Positions 9,479 through 18,187 of a DNA stretch of 55,089 nucleotides are shown here, piece after piece. Each line of letters starts with the position of its first letter. Positions within the stretch are counted from its first letter, which is position 1. A model generated the notes under the pieces. It made no database searches. It was not told the origin of the DNA and was given only the letters and a program-made list of their open reading frames with translations. Position numbers and translations under genes: made by a program. Source of the DNA: a virus (taxonomy: Duplodnaviria; Caudoviricetes); the IMG/VR virus record IMGVR_UViG_3300028388_002422, positions 1 through 55,089 of that record; one strand, 5' to 3'.

Positions 9479-9668
9479 ATCTGCCATTGAACATTTTATG
9501 CAGCAAATACATAAAGCTACTCTAGACGAAAGCAAAATATGTAAAAGCTGTATTCACGTTGACGGTGATGTTTGCGGTTTGGATAGCGGGCTAGATAACT
9601 GCTTAGGCGTGCAGTACGCATCGCAGCAGTTTGTACGATACATTGACAGCGAAGGAGAATGGATATGA
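9468..9668 (+). CDS. Hypothetical Cys-rich protein
   Basis: CKSC...C...C; GAGGG RBS. Confidence 0.5.
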   Translation: MWTKSAIEHFMQQIHKATLDESKICKSCIHVDGDVCGLDSGLDNCLGVQYASQQFVRYIDSEGEWI

Positions 9669-9871
9669 CTAACAAGCAAGGTGAATTACCTGTAACACTC
9701 GGTTTCTTTGCCACACCAGAAAACTGGGTAGAGCTTAGTGCTTGGATCGAGAGCCACCCTAGAGAGGAACATATTCATCTTTATACGGCGGCATGTATGG
9801 CCTGGAATCTTTGCGTTAAATATATGGAGATTGCAACAGCTAATGTAAACGAGCCACATAAGCCAAACTAA
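9665..9871 (+). CDS. Hypothetical protein
   Basis: AGGAG RBS, coupled to the upstream ORF. Confidence 0.6.
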   Translation: MTNKQGELPVTLGFFATPENWVELSAWIESHPREEHIHLYTAACMAWNLCVKYMEIATANVNEPHKPN

Positions 9872-9892
9872 TAGGCTTATAGGAACAATTGA

Positions 9893-9922
9893 TTGTACAA
9901 ATTCTTTGTAATTTGTTATAAT
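9893..9922 (+). promoter_or_regulatory. Early promoter P3
   Basis: TTGTAC-N18-TATAAT with a TGn extended -10. Confidence 0.8.
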
Positions 9923-9962
9923 ATAATAGTAGTAGCCAGCTACTTTAACTACGGAGACTGTT

Positions 9963-10169
9963 ATGCCTACGTTAACACAACGCCAAATTCTAGCACGGCG
10001 CAATGTTATTGATTTTCTCATTAACGTATGTGAAAATTCACCACTTGCTGATGACACCGAAGACTGGGTTGAATCTCAAAACATTACCGAATTCAATGCA
10101 GCCGACCTTGACGAAGCACTACTCGACGTCAAAGTTGCACTCGAAGCAATGCGGAGTTTTCTTTCATGA
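9963..10169 (+). CDS. Hypothetical protein
   Basis: GGAG RBS, first gene after P3. Confidence 0.7.
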   Translation: MPTLTQRQILARRNVIDFLINVCENSPLADDTEDWVESQNITEFNAADLDEALLDVKVALEAMRSFLS

Positions 10170-10417
10170 AACATCGCAAGCCGTGTTATACGACACCATT
10201 CTATTCTATGCGTACTACTGGTCCATTACGTCCGGGCGCTGATGACTATCGTAAGCTACCCAGCGGCGACGGCATTGGCACTACTGCGCGCGTTGACTTA
10301 CCATACTACACCGGCACCGAACTACTCGGTATTGCCACAATGCATAAATCCAATGCTGTGCCGATTACTCGCAGCAGCGACATGGCAATTGCTATATCTA
10401 AAATGAGACGAAGTTAA
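10166..10417 (+). CDS. Conserved phage hypothetical protein
   Basis: YTGTELLGIATMHKSNAVPI motif recalled from environmental phages. Confidence 0.7.
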   Translation: MKHRKPCYTTPFYSMRTTGPLRPGADDYRKLPSGDGIGTTARVDLPYYTGTELLGIATMHKSNAVPITRSSDMAIAISKMRRS

Positions 10418-10608
10418 TGTATGATGAACATGATTGGTATTGCGAAGAATGTCAGCAAAAATGTGAAATAATCGAGGAGTCATTTGATTATGCGGGTACC
10501 CATTGCACTTATGGTAAAAGTGGGACGCATTATACTGGGCATTTTGTTAGTAAGTGCTGTAATGCTCCATTGGTAGATTTTGAAGACTTAGGCTACGCAG
10601 AAGAATGA
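10417..10608 (+). CDS. Hypothetical Cys-rich (Zn-ribbon-like) protein
   Basis: CEEC...SKCC; TAATG coupling. Confidence 0.6.
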   Translation: MYDEHDWYCEECQQKCEIIEESFDYAGTHCTYGKSGTHYTGHFVSKCCNAPLVDFEDLGYAEE

Positions 10609-10832
10609 AATATATACTGCTAACTATGGGCTTAGGTTGGGCTATTTTGGTTATTCCATCATGGCCCTTACCAGATGACGGCGGGTCTCGATCATTATTA
10701 GACAGCGCGATATTAAGTTTAGGTTATATATTGGCCTTTGGTTCGCCAGGAGCTTTACTGTTACTTATTCTTAATAGACTTATCAATGTGTCTTTTGATA
10801 TTCATTATGGTAAAAATAAACATGACAAATGA
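10605..10832 (+). CDS. Putative two-TM membrane protein
   Basis: Two hydrophobic segments. Confidence 0.6.
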   Translation: MKYILLTMGLGWAILVIPSWPLPDDGGSRSLLDSAILSLGYILAFGSPGALLLLILNRLINVSFDIHYGKNKHDK

Positions 10833-11016
10833 TTACGATTATATATTAATGAATGATGGATGGCAAGCATTCTTAAACGGCAAGCCAGAAAGTACTTGTC
10901 CTTATTGGGACGACGGTGAAGCGGCAGAACTTTGGCTTAAGGGCTGGCGTAACGCAGATTGGTACCACAACCGAAAGGAGAACATAGATGAGCGTTGGAA
11001 AAACATACAGTCCTAA
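10822..11016 (+). CDS. Ribosome modulation factor (Rmf/CrpP-fold)-like protein
   Basis: GWQAFLNGKPESTCPY...WLKGW parallels RMF GYQAG...CPY...WLGGW. Confidence 0.6.
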   Translation: MTNDYDYILMNDGWQAFLNGKPESTCPYWDDGEAAELWLKGWRNADWYHNRKENIDERWKNIQS

Positions 11017-11290
11017 TTATATAATGCATCCTAATTGGCATAAATTTATTTGCTTTGAAGGTAAAGCCGCAGGTATGCCATGCACAATTGGATTTACGTG
11101 GAGTCGTGGCTATCGGGGCTACCGTGAACCTGGCGGCCTTCAACTCGAGCCTGATGAACCGGCAGGTGTAGATGAAATAGTATTGTTTGATCGTCAAGGC
11201 TACCGGGCAGAATGGTTAGCAAAGCGTGTTGATCAGATGGATGATTGGGACAATATTTACGATCAAATTGAGGATTACATGCATGACTAG
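10988..11290 (+). CDS. Hypothetical protein
   Basis: AAGGAG RBS. Confidence 0.65.
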   Translation: MSVGKTYSPNYIMHPNWHKFICFEGKAAGMPCTIGFTWSRGYRGYREPGGLQLEPDEPAGVDEIVLFDRQGYRAEWLAKRVDQMDDWDNIYDQIEDYMHD

Positions 11291-11507
11291 GGAATTCAAA
11301 ATTACGTCAACCAATCCGCAGACAAACGAATTGTTACAGCGAACCATACCGTGTACTTGTGGCGGGATTAAGCGTTGCTATCACTACGAGCCGCCTTGGT
11401 ATCTGAGAAATAAACGTCGGTGGACTGAGCCGTACTTCTGTTTTGTTTGTGATGAATGTGATGCAAGCGACGTGCTTACAGCTTTGGAGTTAGGCATAGA
11501 TGACTGA
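11283..11507 (+). CDS. Hypothetical Zn-finger-like protein
   Basis: CTCGG...CDEC; GAGG RBS. Confidence 0.55.
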   Translation: MTREFKITSTNPQTNELLQRTIPCTCGGIKRCYHYEPPWYLRNKRRWTEPYFCFVCDECDASDVLTALELGIDD

Positions 11508-11772
11508 CAATATTTATGTAAATAAGAACGATTATCTTAAGCTTAAAGCTAATGTAAATCGTTTACGGGCGCAAGTTGGTGGTTTATCAAAATCTAATGA
11601 AAATTTACGTAGAGTAAATAAAACGTTAGAAGCTGAAAACGAGCGGCTACGTAGAAACGCCAAGCGGTATCAATGGGTGCGGGATAACCACACCGTGCTG
11701 ACAACAAGTCAGTACAGCGACCTTTACGACCAAGCTGTGGACGAGGCGATGAAAGATGAAAAACAAAATTAG
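11500..11772 (+). CDS. Coiled-coil hypothetical protein
   Basis: ENERLRRNAKRYQWVRD...DQAVDEAM pattern common in phage early proteins. Confidence 0.65.
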   Translation: MTDNIYVNKNDYLKLKANVNRLRAQVGGLSKSNENLRRVNKTLEAENERLRRNAKRYQWVRDNHTVLTTSQYSDLYDQAVDEAMKDEKQN

Positions 11773-11950
11773 GTACATCTTGCTAATGGCGACCTATCGA
11801 ATTTGGCATCCAGTGGTATTTTCGATACTCAGCTACGCCTATCGTAAGCGCATTATTGACTCGCACAAACTGCATGAATTGCTGGCGTTATTTGACAGGA
11901 CACAAGTTAATAATGTGCTGCGCACAGCCGCGCATAGGTGTTTGCCATGA
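11756..11950 (+). CDS. Hypothetical protein
   Basis: Fills the gap and overlaps both neighbours. Confidence 0.45.
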   Translation: MKNKIRYILLMATYRIWHPVVFSILSYAYRKRIIDSHKLHELLALFDRTQVNNVLRTAAHRCLP

Positions 11951-12309
11951 CTGACACTATCGGATCAATAGACGGCCCAACGCATCTCGCAGCCGTTCAG
12001 CGTATTGCCGAACTTGAAGCAGAGTGTGAGGCACACGTAGACCGTCTAGCCGCGCTTATGGATGAAAACACTAGGCTCAAAAAAGAAAACGAGCGGCTGC
12101 GTAATAGGATTGAATGGCTTGAAGATAAGTGTGAGGGACACATAGACCGCCAGGCTCGTTTAATAGACGAAAACAAGCGGCTGCGTAATGCACTGGAGCG
12201 ACTTTTAGATGCCGTTGAGACTTACAGCTCTGGATCGCTGGGGGATGCAGAAGACCAAGCTCGAGACATCTTAGAAAAAGCAAGAGGCGATAAAAATGAC
12301 CACACATAA
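11947..12309 (+). CDS. Coiled-coil protein with an internal duplication
   Basis: CEAHVDRLAALMDEN / CEGHIDRQARLIDEN repeat. Confidence 0.65.
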   Translation: MTDTIGSIDGPTHLAAVQRIAELEAECEAHVDRLAALMDENTRLKKENERLRNRIEWLEDKCEGHIDRQARLIDENKRLRNALERLLDAVETYSSGSLGDAEDQARDILEKARGDKNDHT

Positions 12310-12448
12310 ACACGCTGATCTGATGGCTCTGTACGCAGAGGATGCAAAGAAGACTGAGACCCCTTGGAAACAATGGGAGTTTCGTCAGCATAGTAAATAT
12401 GCCTGGGAGCCTGTGAAATACCACCCTGGATGGCATGAAAAGTTTTGA
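12296..12448 (+). CDS. Short phage protein (HKHADLMALYA...PWKQWE type), possibly truncated
   Basis: GAGG RBS; 50 aa read by eye. Confidence 0.55.
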   Translation: MTTHKHADLMALYAEDAKKTETPWKQWEFRQHSKYAWEPVKYHPGWHEKF

Positions 12449-12519
12449 TCGCATTATTGGCCCAGCCGAATGGACAAGGATCGAAGTAGATGAATCACAA
12501 ACTTATCGGAGATTGAAGA

Positions 12520-12843
12520 ATGACTGACAACATCAACCGCCCTAAGCACTACACAGAACACCCTTCTGGAGTTGAATGCATCCAGATAACCGAACACATG
12601 GGTTTCAACCTCGGCAACGCATTGAAGTATATCTGGCGCTGCGATCTAAAAGATGACGCCATCGAAGACTTGCGCAAAGCGATCTGGTACATCAACCGTG
12701 AGATCGAAAAGCGTCAGCAAGCCACGTTAAAGCAGGCCACGTTAAAGCAAGCCCATGTTAGTGGTGTGCCATACCGCGTGGATGTGAGCGGTATGCCATA
12801 CCGCGTGGATATGACCGATGATCTGCGCACACGAACGAGTTGA
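12520..12843 (+). CDS. DUF3310 protein (related to T7 gp1.7 nucleotide kinase / SaV)
   Basis: DNINRPKHY...ECI...GFNLGNALKYIWR...EDLRKAIWYI. Confidence 0.85.
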   Translation: MTDNINRPKHYTEHPSGVECIQITEHMGFNLGNALKYIWRCDLKDDAIEDLRKAIWYINREIEKRQQATLKQATLKQAHVSGVPYRVDVSGMPYRVDMTDDLRTRTS

Positions 12844-12863
12844 AAAGTGCGGGAGAGTGAGTT

Positions 12864-13061
12864 ATGGCAATTTATAACTGTGAAATTTGTGATGAAATGA
12901 TTGATGATGATTATAATTCTGGTATTGAATATGGGGAGGGTTTAATTTGCGAAGACTGTGTAACCAACTGCCATGCTGACGTTGAAGACGAACTTGGGTC
13001 AGCGCGTTATGAACAAATGTCGGACGAGGAAGTGTTGACATTTCACTTGAGGAACTTATAA
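12864..13061 (+). CDS. Zn-finger-like hypothetical protein; frame continues past TAA to 13175
   Basis: CEIC...CEDC; GGGAG RBS. Confidence 0.6.
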   Translation: MAIYNCEICDEMIDDDYNSGIEYGEGLICEDCVTNCHADVEDELGSARYEQMSDEEVLTFHLRNL

Positions 13062-13201
13062 ATTGAAGCTGAAAAACATGTTGCACGTAAGAAAATGGTA
13101 GATTTATATACTGAGGCATTGCAACTGACGGGCGACCAAGATCTGAAGAAATTGCTTAAAGGCCAGATAGAATAATTTTATGGGCGCATAAAAATAAATG
13201 A

Positions 13202-13231
13202 TTGTACAAAAGGTTACAATTGCGCTATAAT
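13202..13231 (+). promoter_or_regulatory. Promoter P4 (small RNA/tRNA unit)
   Basis: TTGTAC-N18-TATAAT. Confidence 0.8.
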
Positions 13232-13239
13232 TAAATTTT

Positions 13240-13333
13240 GTTAGCTAACTTGGCTTAGCCCCACTCCAAGAATGATATGTATGAATGCGTCTATCCTCAG
13301 AAGTTACAATCATTCGGGGGCTAAGTCTTTTTT
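13240..13333 (+). ncRNA. Candidate small hairpin RNA preceding the tRNA
   Basis: GGCTTAGCCCC/GGGGCTAAGTC and GAATGAT/ATCATTC stems, then T6; directly after P4. Confidence 0.5.
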
Positions 13334-13423
13334 GCCGGGGTGGTGGAATAGGTAGACACAGCAGACTTAAAATCTGCCGCTCAAAAGTTTAGCGTGCGGG
13401 TTCAAGTCCCGCCCCCGGCACCA
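13334..13423 (+). tRNA. tRNA-Leu (anticodon UAA)
   Basis: GCCGGGG/CCCCGGC acceptor stem, GCAGA-CTTAAAA-TCTGC anticodon arm, long variable arm, GGTTCAAGTCC, encoded CCA. Confidence 0.95.
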
Positions 13424-13438
13424 TATTTGAGGTATTTT

Positions 13439-14011
13439 GTGAATATCTTTGTATTAGATTTAAACTTTCAACTCAATGCGCAGTATCATGTTGATAGGCA
13501 CGTTGTAAAAATGCCAAGTGAAGCCGCACAAATGTTAGGCACGGCATATCGTTTAACACATGGCGAAGAGTTAGATGTTTATGTATTATTTAGTGACGGC
13601 TTCCATTTAAAAAAATGGTGGTTAATCGATTCAGACGAATATCGTTTAAGTAAAGGCAATATTTATTTGGATAGATGGAAAGTAATGGGGGTAGGCTATC
13701 CCCATCATCCATGCACACAATGGGTATTAGCAAGTAAAGCTAATTTTCGTTGGCTGCAGCAATATGCTCTTGCTTTAAATGCAGAGTGGAAATATCGTTA
13801 TGGACATACAAAAAATCACGCAAGTATTAATCGAATGATCCAAACGCCAACTCCTGACATTCCTGATATTGAACTTACGCTTTTTGCGCAAGCAATGCCA
13901 GATGAATGTAAAGATTCAGATCCAGTCATCGCTTATCGTAATTATTATTCTAAGCACAAGGGCCACTTGTTCGCTTGGAAGAAACGATCAAAACCTGACT
14001 GGTTAGACTAA
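13439..14011 (+). CDS. Pyrimidine-dimer DNA glycosylase / endonuclease V-like protein
   Basis: MNIFVLD...HVVKMPSEAAQML...HPCTQW...FAQAMPD...AYRNYY; GAGG RBS before GTG. Confidence 0.8.
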   Translation: MNIFVLDLNFQLNAQYHVDRHVVKMPSEAAQMLGTAYRLTHGEELDVYVLFSDGFHLKKWWLIDSDEYRLSKGNIYLDRWKVMGVGYPHHPCTQWVLASKANFRWLQQYALALNAEWKYRYGHTKNHASINRMIQTPTPDIPDIELTLFAQAMPDECKDSDPVIAYRNYYSKHKGHLFAWKKRSKPDWLD

Positions 14012-14029
14012 TCTCTTGTGGAGATAATT

Positions 14030-14284
14030 ATGCTTAGTAAAAGACAATACGAGGTTCTTAGCCATATTGAAGCACATCAGCGTCCAATTGAAAAATGGAT
14101 GCACACCGCAACGATTGCTTCTTTAATCAAGCATCGGTACGCAGTGGTGGTTTGTAATCGTAAATCAATTTCACTGAAAATTACCGATCTAGGTAAAATG
14201 GTTAGAACAAGCAAAGAATTGGATTACCGCGCAACGTTAAAAGATACGGCGGCTCTTCGGAGAAAATACCGTAATGTCGCGTGA
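14030..14284 (+). CDS. Hypothetical protein, winged-helix-like
   Basis: LSKRQYEVL...LKITDLGK; GGAG RBS. Confidence 0.6.
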   Translation: MLSKRQYEVLSHIEAHQRPIEKWMHTATIASLIKHRYAVVVCNRKSISLKITDLGKMVRTSKELDYRATLKDTAALRRKYRNVA

Positions 14285-14753
14285 TCCAATAATTTGTAGC
14301 TATGCCGAGGTTGTATCTTTCATCGAAGGATACATCCGGCGCGCTGAATCTCTCGAGTCTTTAATTGACGACATTGACCAGGGTGTCCTTGAGAAAGAAA
14401 TAAAAATCGAGGTGGAACTAGAGACAGCATCAAATGAGCTACTATTGGCTATAGAACGATTAAAAGAATTATCGAGCTTAGCTGATGACCGTCAAGCTCT
14501 TGTTTTGAAGACTTTCAATTTACAAAAAGAGTATTTTGCAAAGTTTAAAGAAATGGATGCTGTTGTAAATTCTGTTGTACAAGATGTTATTGATGATAGA
14601 AATGCAAAACTTGAAACAGACGTAGCACATACTAAAATATGTGAGAATCCAGAATGTAAAAAAGCTTTTGTACCTTCTACACCAACAGCCAAATATTGCA
14701 GCATGAAATGTAGTTCTAGAGTTAGATACCTGAGAATGAAAACAGCCAGATGA
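14274..14753 (+). CDS. Hypothetical protein with C-terminal zinc finger
   Basis: CENPECKKAF...KYCSMKC. Confidence 0.7.
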   Translation: MSRDPIICSYAEVVSFIEGYIRRAESLESLIDDIDQGVLEKEIKIEVELETASNELLLAIERLKELSSLADDRQALVLKTFNLQKEYFAKFKEMDAVVNSVVQDVIDDRNAKLETDVAHTKICENPECKKAFVPSTPTAKYCSMKCSSRVRYLRMKTAR

Positions 14754-15037
14754 GTAATGATAGTGACATTTCAGAAGCTTTCAAAGATTTAAGGAAAGCC
14801 GCGCAACAAAAACGTGAGCATAATCGTAGATATAGCACAAAGTTACTTTCTGCGAAAAGAATAAAATTTAGGTCTGCTAATAATGGGTACCATCTCATTA
14901 TTGCGGTCCATGAAGACACCATTGACTTCTGGCCTACAACAGGGCTATGGAAGATAAGGTCGACAAACACTAGTCGGCGCGGAGTGAGACAGTTGTTGGA
15001 GTATATACAAAATAATGAACCTCGCAGCACTGATTGA
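14750..15037 (+). CDS. Conserved phage hypothetical protein
   Basis: NNGYHLII...IDFWPTTGLW...RGVRQLL. Confidence 0.7.
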   Translation: MSNDSDISEAFKDLRKAAQQKREHNRRYSTKLLSAKRIKFRSANNGYHLIIAVHEDTIDFWPTTGLWKIRSTNTSRRGVRQLLEYIQNNEPRSTD

Positions 15038-15269
15038 TAAAGAAAACAAGGTAATTTATATTCCATTAACTGATGACATTTATGATCAAATACATTCTGT
15101 GCAATCATATGGTGAAAGATTTCTACCTGAGTTATTAATACTTGGTTCTGCGCCAGGTGAGGTAGAACTAAGCCCTCATTGGACTTGGAAGTTTATTGTA
15201 GATCCAGGTCTTTATGACTTAGATCAATCACTAACGGGGATACCGATGTATAAAGATCAACAACATTAG
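15015..15269 (+). CDS. Hypothetical protein
   Basis: GGAG upstream; in operon. Confidence 0.55.
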   Translation: MNLAALIDKENKVIYIPLTDDIYDQIHSVQSYGERFLPELLILGSAPGEVELSPHWTWKFIVDPGLYDLDQSLTGIPMYKDQQH

Positions 15270-15278
15270 GCCGAAAAC

Positions 15279-15449
15279 ATGAAACAGAAAACTGCATTAG
15301 AATTGCTAGAAGAATTATTAGAGGGTAATTCATCGAATACCTTGATTGTGTCGAGATTCGCTATACTAGCAGTTATCAAGCAACTAAGAAAAGAACAGAA
15401 CTTGACTTGCGAATCATATGAGCTTTCAGACAGAAGTAGAGCAGTCTAA
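15279..15449 (+). CDS. Small hypothetical protein (56 aa)
   Basis: MKQKTALELLEELLEG... read by eye; fills the gap before the primase. Confidence 0.5.
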   Translation: MKQKTALELLEELLEGNSSNTLIVSRFAILAVIKQLRKEQNLTCESYELSDRSRAV

Positions 15450-18144
15450 AGAACTATTCAAGAATAGGAAACCAATAGACCTGGTCCAACCCTATCTTGA
15501 ACATATTGAATTATTTTTGTCATGTATATCGCCAGAGTACGCAGATGAAGCTATAAAAAAGTTAACCCAATACCAGCTAGAAAAGACAAAGCCAGAGGAT
15601 TTTATTGTCCCTGACTCGAGAGTCTCTTTTAATTGGCAAACCACTGATGATGCTGGTGATACAATTAAGGGAGAAAAAGTTCTTAATGATTATGCTGCTC
15701 GAGCAATATACGGACCGCTATATGATGTTTATCCGCGGCTGTATAGTCTTAATCGAAAGGCCGCTGCTGTTTATGTGGCAATTAATAAGCTACAAGGTTC
15801 GCGGCGTGTAAAAGATGCCGTTACTGCGTGCCGAGCAATATGGGTTGAAGATGATGAAAAACAATCACGCGGCCCTCGGTCACCAAAAGATTTTCCTTTA
15901 CCTTATTCGCTTGTCGTAGAATCAAGTGATAAGAAATATCATTACTATTGGCTGACTTATACTGAGGATTTACGTACGTGGGAACGTATACAAAAAGAAG
16001 TAATGTCCGAAAAGTTTGGGTCAGATCGGGGAGCCAATGGTCTGAATCGTGCAATGCGCGTACCAGGCTTCTGGCATAAAAAGACAAATAAATTTGCAAC
16101 AAGAATCGTCTACATGCTTGATCATGAGCATGTTAAAATTGAACCTGTACCTTCAGACGATTTCTTGGAATTCTCAATACCAGCCGGAGGTAAAGAAGAA
16201 TATGCGTTCACATGCAACCTCGCAACCGAAGTACGTCGTTATGATTGGGAAGAAATCATGGCCACCTTCGGAGAGCATCTTACCACTTCATCTGAGGTCA
16301 CGGGAGAACTTGCCGCGTCATATGCGATCTTCGACCCAATTGAAGCCATGGAGCGCGTATTTACGGGCAACGATTATCATAGCTCTCTTCATAGCTTATG
16401 TATGCATTTTGCTAATTTTGTACAAGACACTACTTATGTCACTGATGTAGTTCAGTCATTAATGTGTCGTGTACCAGAGGGCTCACGAGATTCCCGATGG
16501 AACGCACGTTTTAATGACGTCAAGCGATCGGCGCGTGCTGCTGTAATGCGCAAAGTCGATGAAATGACAGCACAAACACTTGAAGTAAAACCAACAATCG
16601 GTGCATCATCTGATGTTGGTATTCATGATGGTAATTGGGTTATTGATTTTCCAGATGTCAGCGATGCATGTGTGCCACTTGATTTATTGATGAACGATTT
16701 TGATCGGATCCTGATCAATCCTATTCGTTCTTTTAATTTTGCTGCGATCATATCGCTTTTTTCACTAATTGCACAGAACATACCAGTTATGCCTGTGTTA
16801 AAGACACGGAAAGCAAATGGCTGCCATTTATTACTCGCACGGTCGGCAGGAGGGAAAGACATTAATGTATCAGGACCTCTTAGAGCACTTGCTCACAATA
16901 TTCTCCAAGGTGGTCATATTAGCCCCACCGACCTCCGGTCCAATGAGATTGTGTATTCATTGTTATCTGGAAACACGGAAATCACCAGTCTATCGGCTTT
17001 TCATAAGTGGGCACACGGCGGTCACAACAATTCTGGAGCAATATGGAGAAATACAGAATGCACGTCTATCATTGCAAAGATGACCGATGAAAACGCGTCC
17101 GTTGCCAATCTTTCAGAAACTGTTATTTCCATTCAAGACGGTCTCCCGATACCCCCGGTCACAAAATCGACTGGCAAGGAAAAGAAAGAGGTAGATCATC
17201 CACTGGTTGAATCATATAGTTTGCTCTTTGCAACACAGCCTGCTTCAATCAAAAAGTACATGAACCCGCGCCTTTTATACAAAGGGGTCATTGGTCGGTT
17301 TGATTATTACGTTCCAGAACAAGAAGAATCAGATGAAATTATATCATTTCTGGACGCAGAAGTTACAAATGATTATGTATTTAGCGACGAAACAATTGAC
17401 TTTATTCGGTACGCCTTGACCGTTTGCAGTAGTCATGTAAGACACACTTCTAAAGATGTGTCGGACGAAATCTCTCGTAACGTAATATTACAGTATGATA
17501 AAGACTGGGTAAATGGGAAGAAAAATGGACCAAACCGTCAGATGCACGTTGACTGGGATCGCAAACGTCGTGAAGAGTATTACTCGGACGATATCGAGTT
17601 TAGAACCTTCATCGATCGTGTCGCCATGTCAACTGAGCGGTACCTTACCATATTATCTTTTATGCAGCACCTCTATACGCATTACAAAGCAGGAACAGAT
17701 CCTTTCGCAGAACAATTTGCTGCGACGCCTGAGCTTATCACCCTTGCTACCAAGCTCGGAGACTATCAGTATGAGGTCCGTGTGCACCGCATATGGAGTC
17801 TTATCGCGCGAGACAAGGGACTTGACGAAAAGCATCAGGGGATGCTTGATGCCATTAAGCAGGCTGATGCAAAGCCTGACCGATGGCAAAAAATCATTGC
17901 TGGAACACCCCAGGAACGGGCCTATATGCATTTATTCGAAAAAGAAAGATACATACCAATGAGTGGTGTGTTGCGCTATTTGAATAAAGATAGCACAATT
18001 TTAACTAAGGATGGTATAAGTATTTGCTTAGCACTGGCCGATTTTGGCTATGTTGAATTTGCCAAGCTTAAGCAAATTGATGTACGGATATCAGATAAAC
18101 CTATCAAAAATGTGGTTCGATTGACAGCCCAAGGTAGGTCATAA
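15418..18144 (+). CDS. DNA primase (RepB-like AEP domain) with C-terminal P-loop/helicase-like domain
   Basis: AIWVEDD, VVESSDKKYHYYW, RAMRVPGFWHKK; later ARSAGGKD Walker A-like, ATQP, GRF. Confidence 0.8.
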   Translation: MSFQTEVEQSKELFKNRKPIDLVQPYLEHIELFLSCISPEYADEAIKKLTQYQLEKTKPEDFIVPDSRVSFNWQTTDDAGDTIKGEKVLNDYAARAIYGPLYDVYPRLYSLNRKAAAVYVAINKLQGSRRVKDAVTACRAIWVEDDEKQSRGPRSPKDFPLPYSLVVESSDKKYHYYWLTYTEDLRTWERIQKEVMSEKFGSDRGANGLNRAMRVPGFWHKKTNKFATRIVYMLDHEHVKIEPVPSDDFLEFSIPAGGKEEYAFTCNLATEVRRYDWEEIMATFGEHLTTSSEVTGELAASYAIFDPIEAMERVFTGNDYHSSLHSLCMHFANFVQDTTYVTDVVQSLMCRVPEGSRDSRWNARFNDVKRSARAAVMRKVDEMTAQTLEVKPTIGASSDVGIHDGNWVIDFPDVSDACVPLDLLMNDFDRILINPIRSFNFAAIISLFSLIAQNIPVMPVLKTRKANGCHLLLARSAGGKDINVSGPLRALAHNILQGGHISPTDLRSNEIVYSLLSGNTEITSLSAFHKWAHGGHNNSGAIWRNTECTSIIAKMTDENASVANLSETVISIQDGLPIPPVTKSTGKEKKEVDHPLVESYSLLFATQPASIKKYMNPRLLYKGVIGRFDYYVPEQEESDEIISFLDAEVTNDYVFSDETIDFIRYALTVCSSHVRHTSKDVSDEISRNVILQYDKDWVNGKKNGPNRQMHVDWDRKRREEYYSDDIEFRTFIDRVAMSTERYLTILSFMQHLYTHYKAGTDPFAEQFAATPELITLATKLGDYQYEVRVHRIWSLIARDKGLDEKHQGMLDAIKQADAKPDRWQKIIAGTPQERAYMHLFEKERYIPMSGVLRYLNKDSTILTKDGISICLALADFGYVEFAKLKQIDVRISDKPIKNVVRLTAQGRS

Positions 18145-18187
18145 TTCTGATATAAGCAAAATTTATTGGAAGGATAAAAACATTCTA

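Noticed and set aside
13394-13438. N-terminal extension of the glycosylase ORF given in the track
   Set aside because: It overlaps the tRNA; the GTG at 13439 has an RBS and gives the family's MNIF start.
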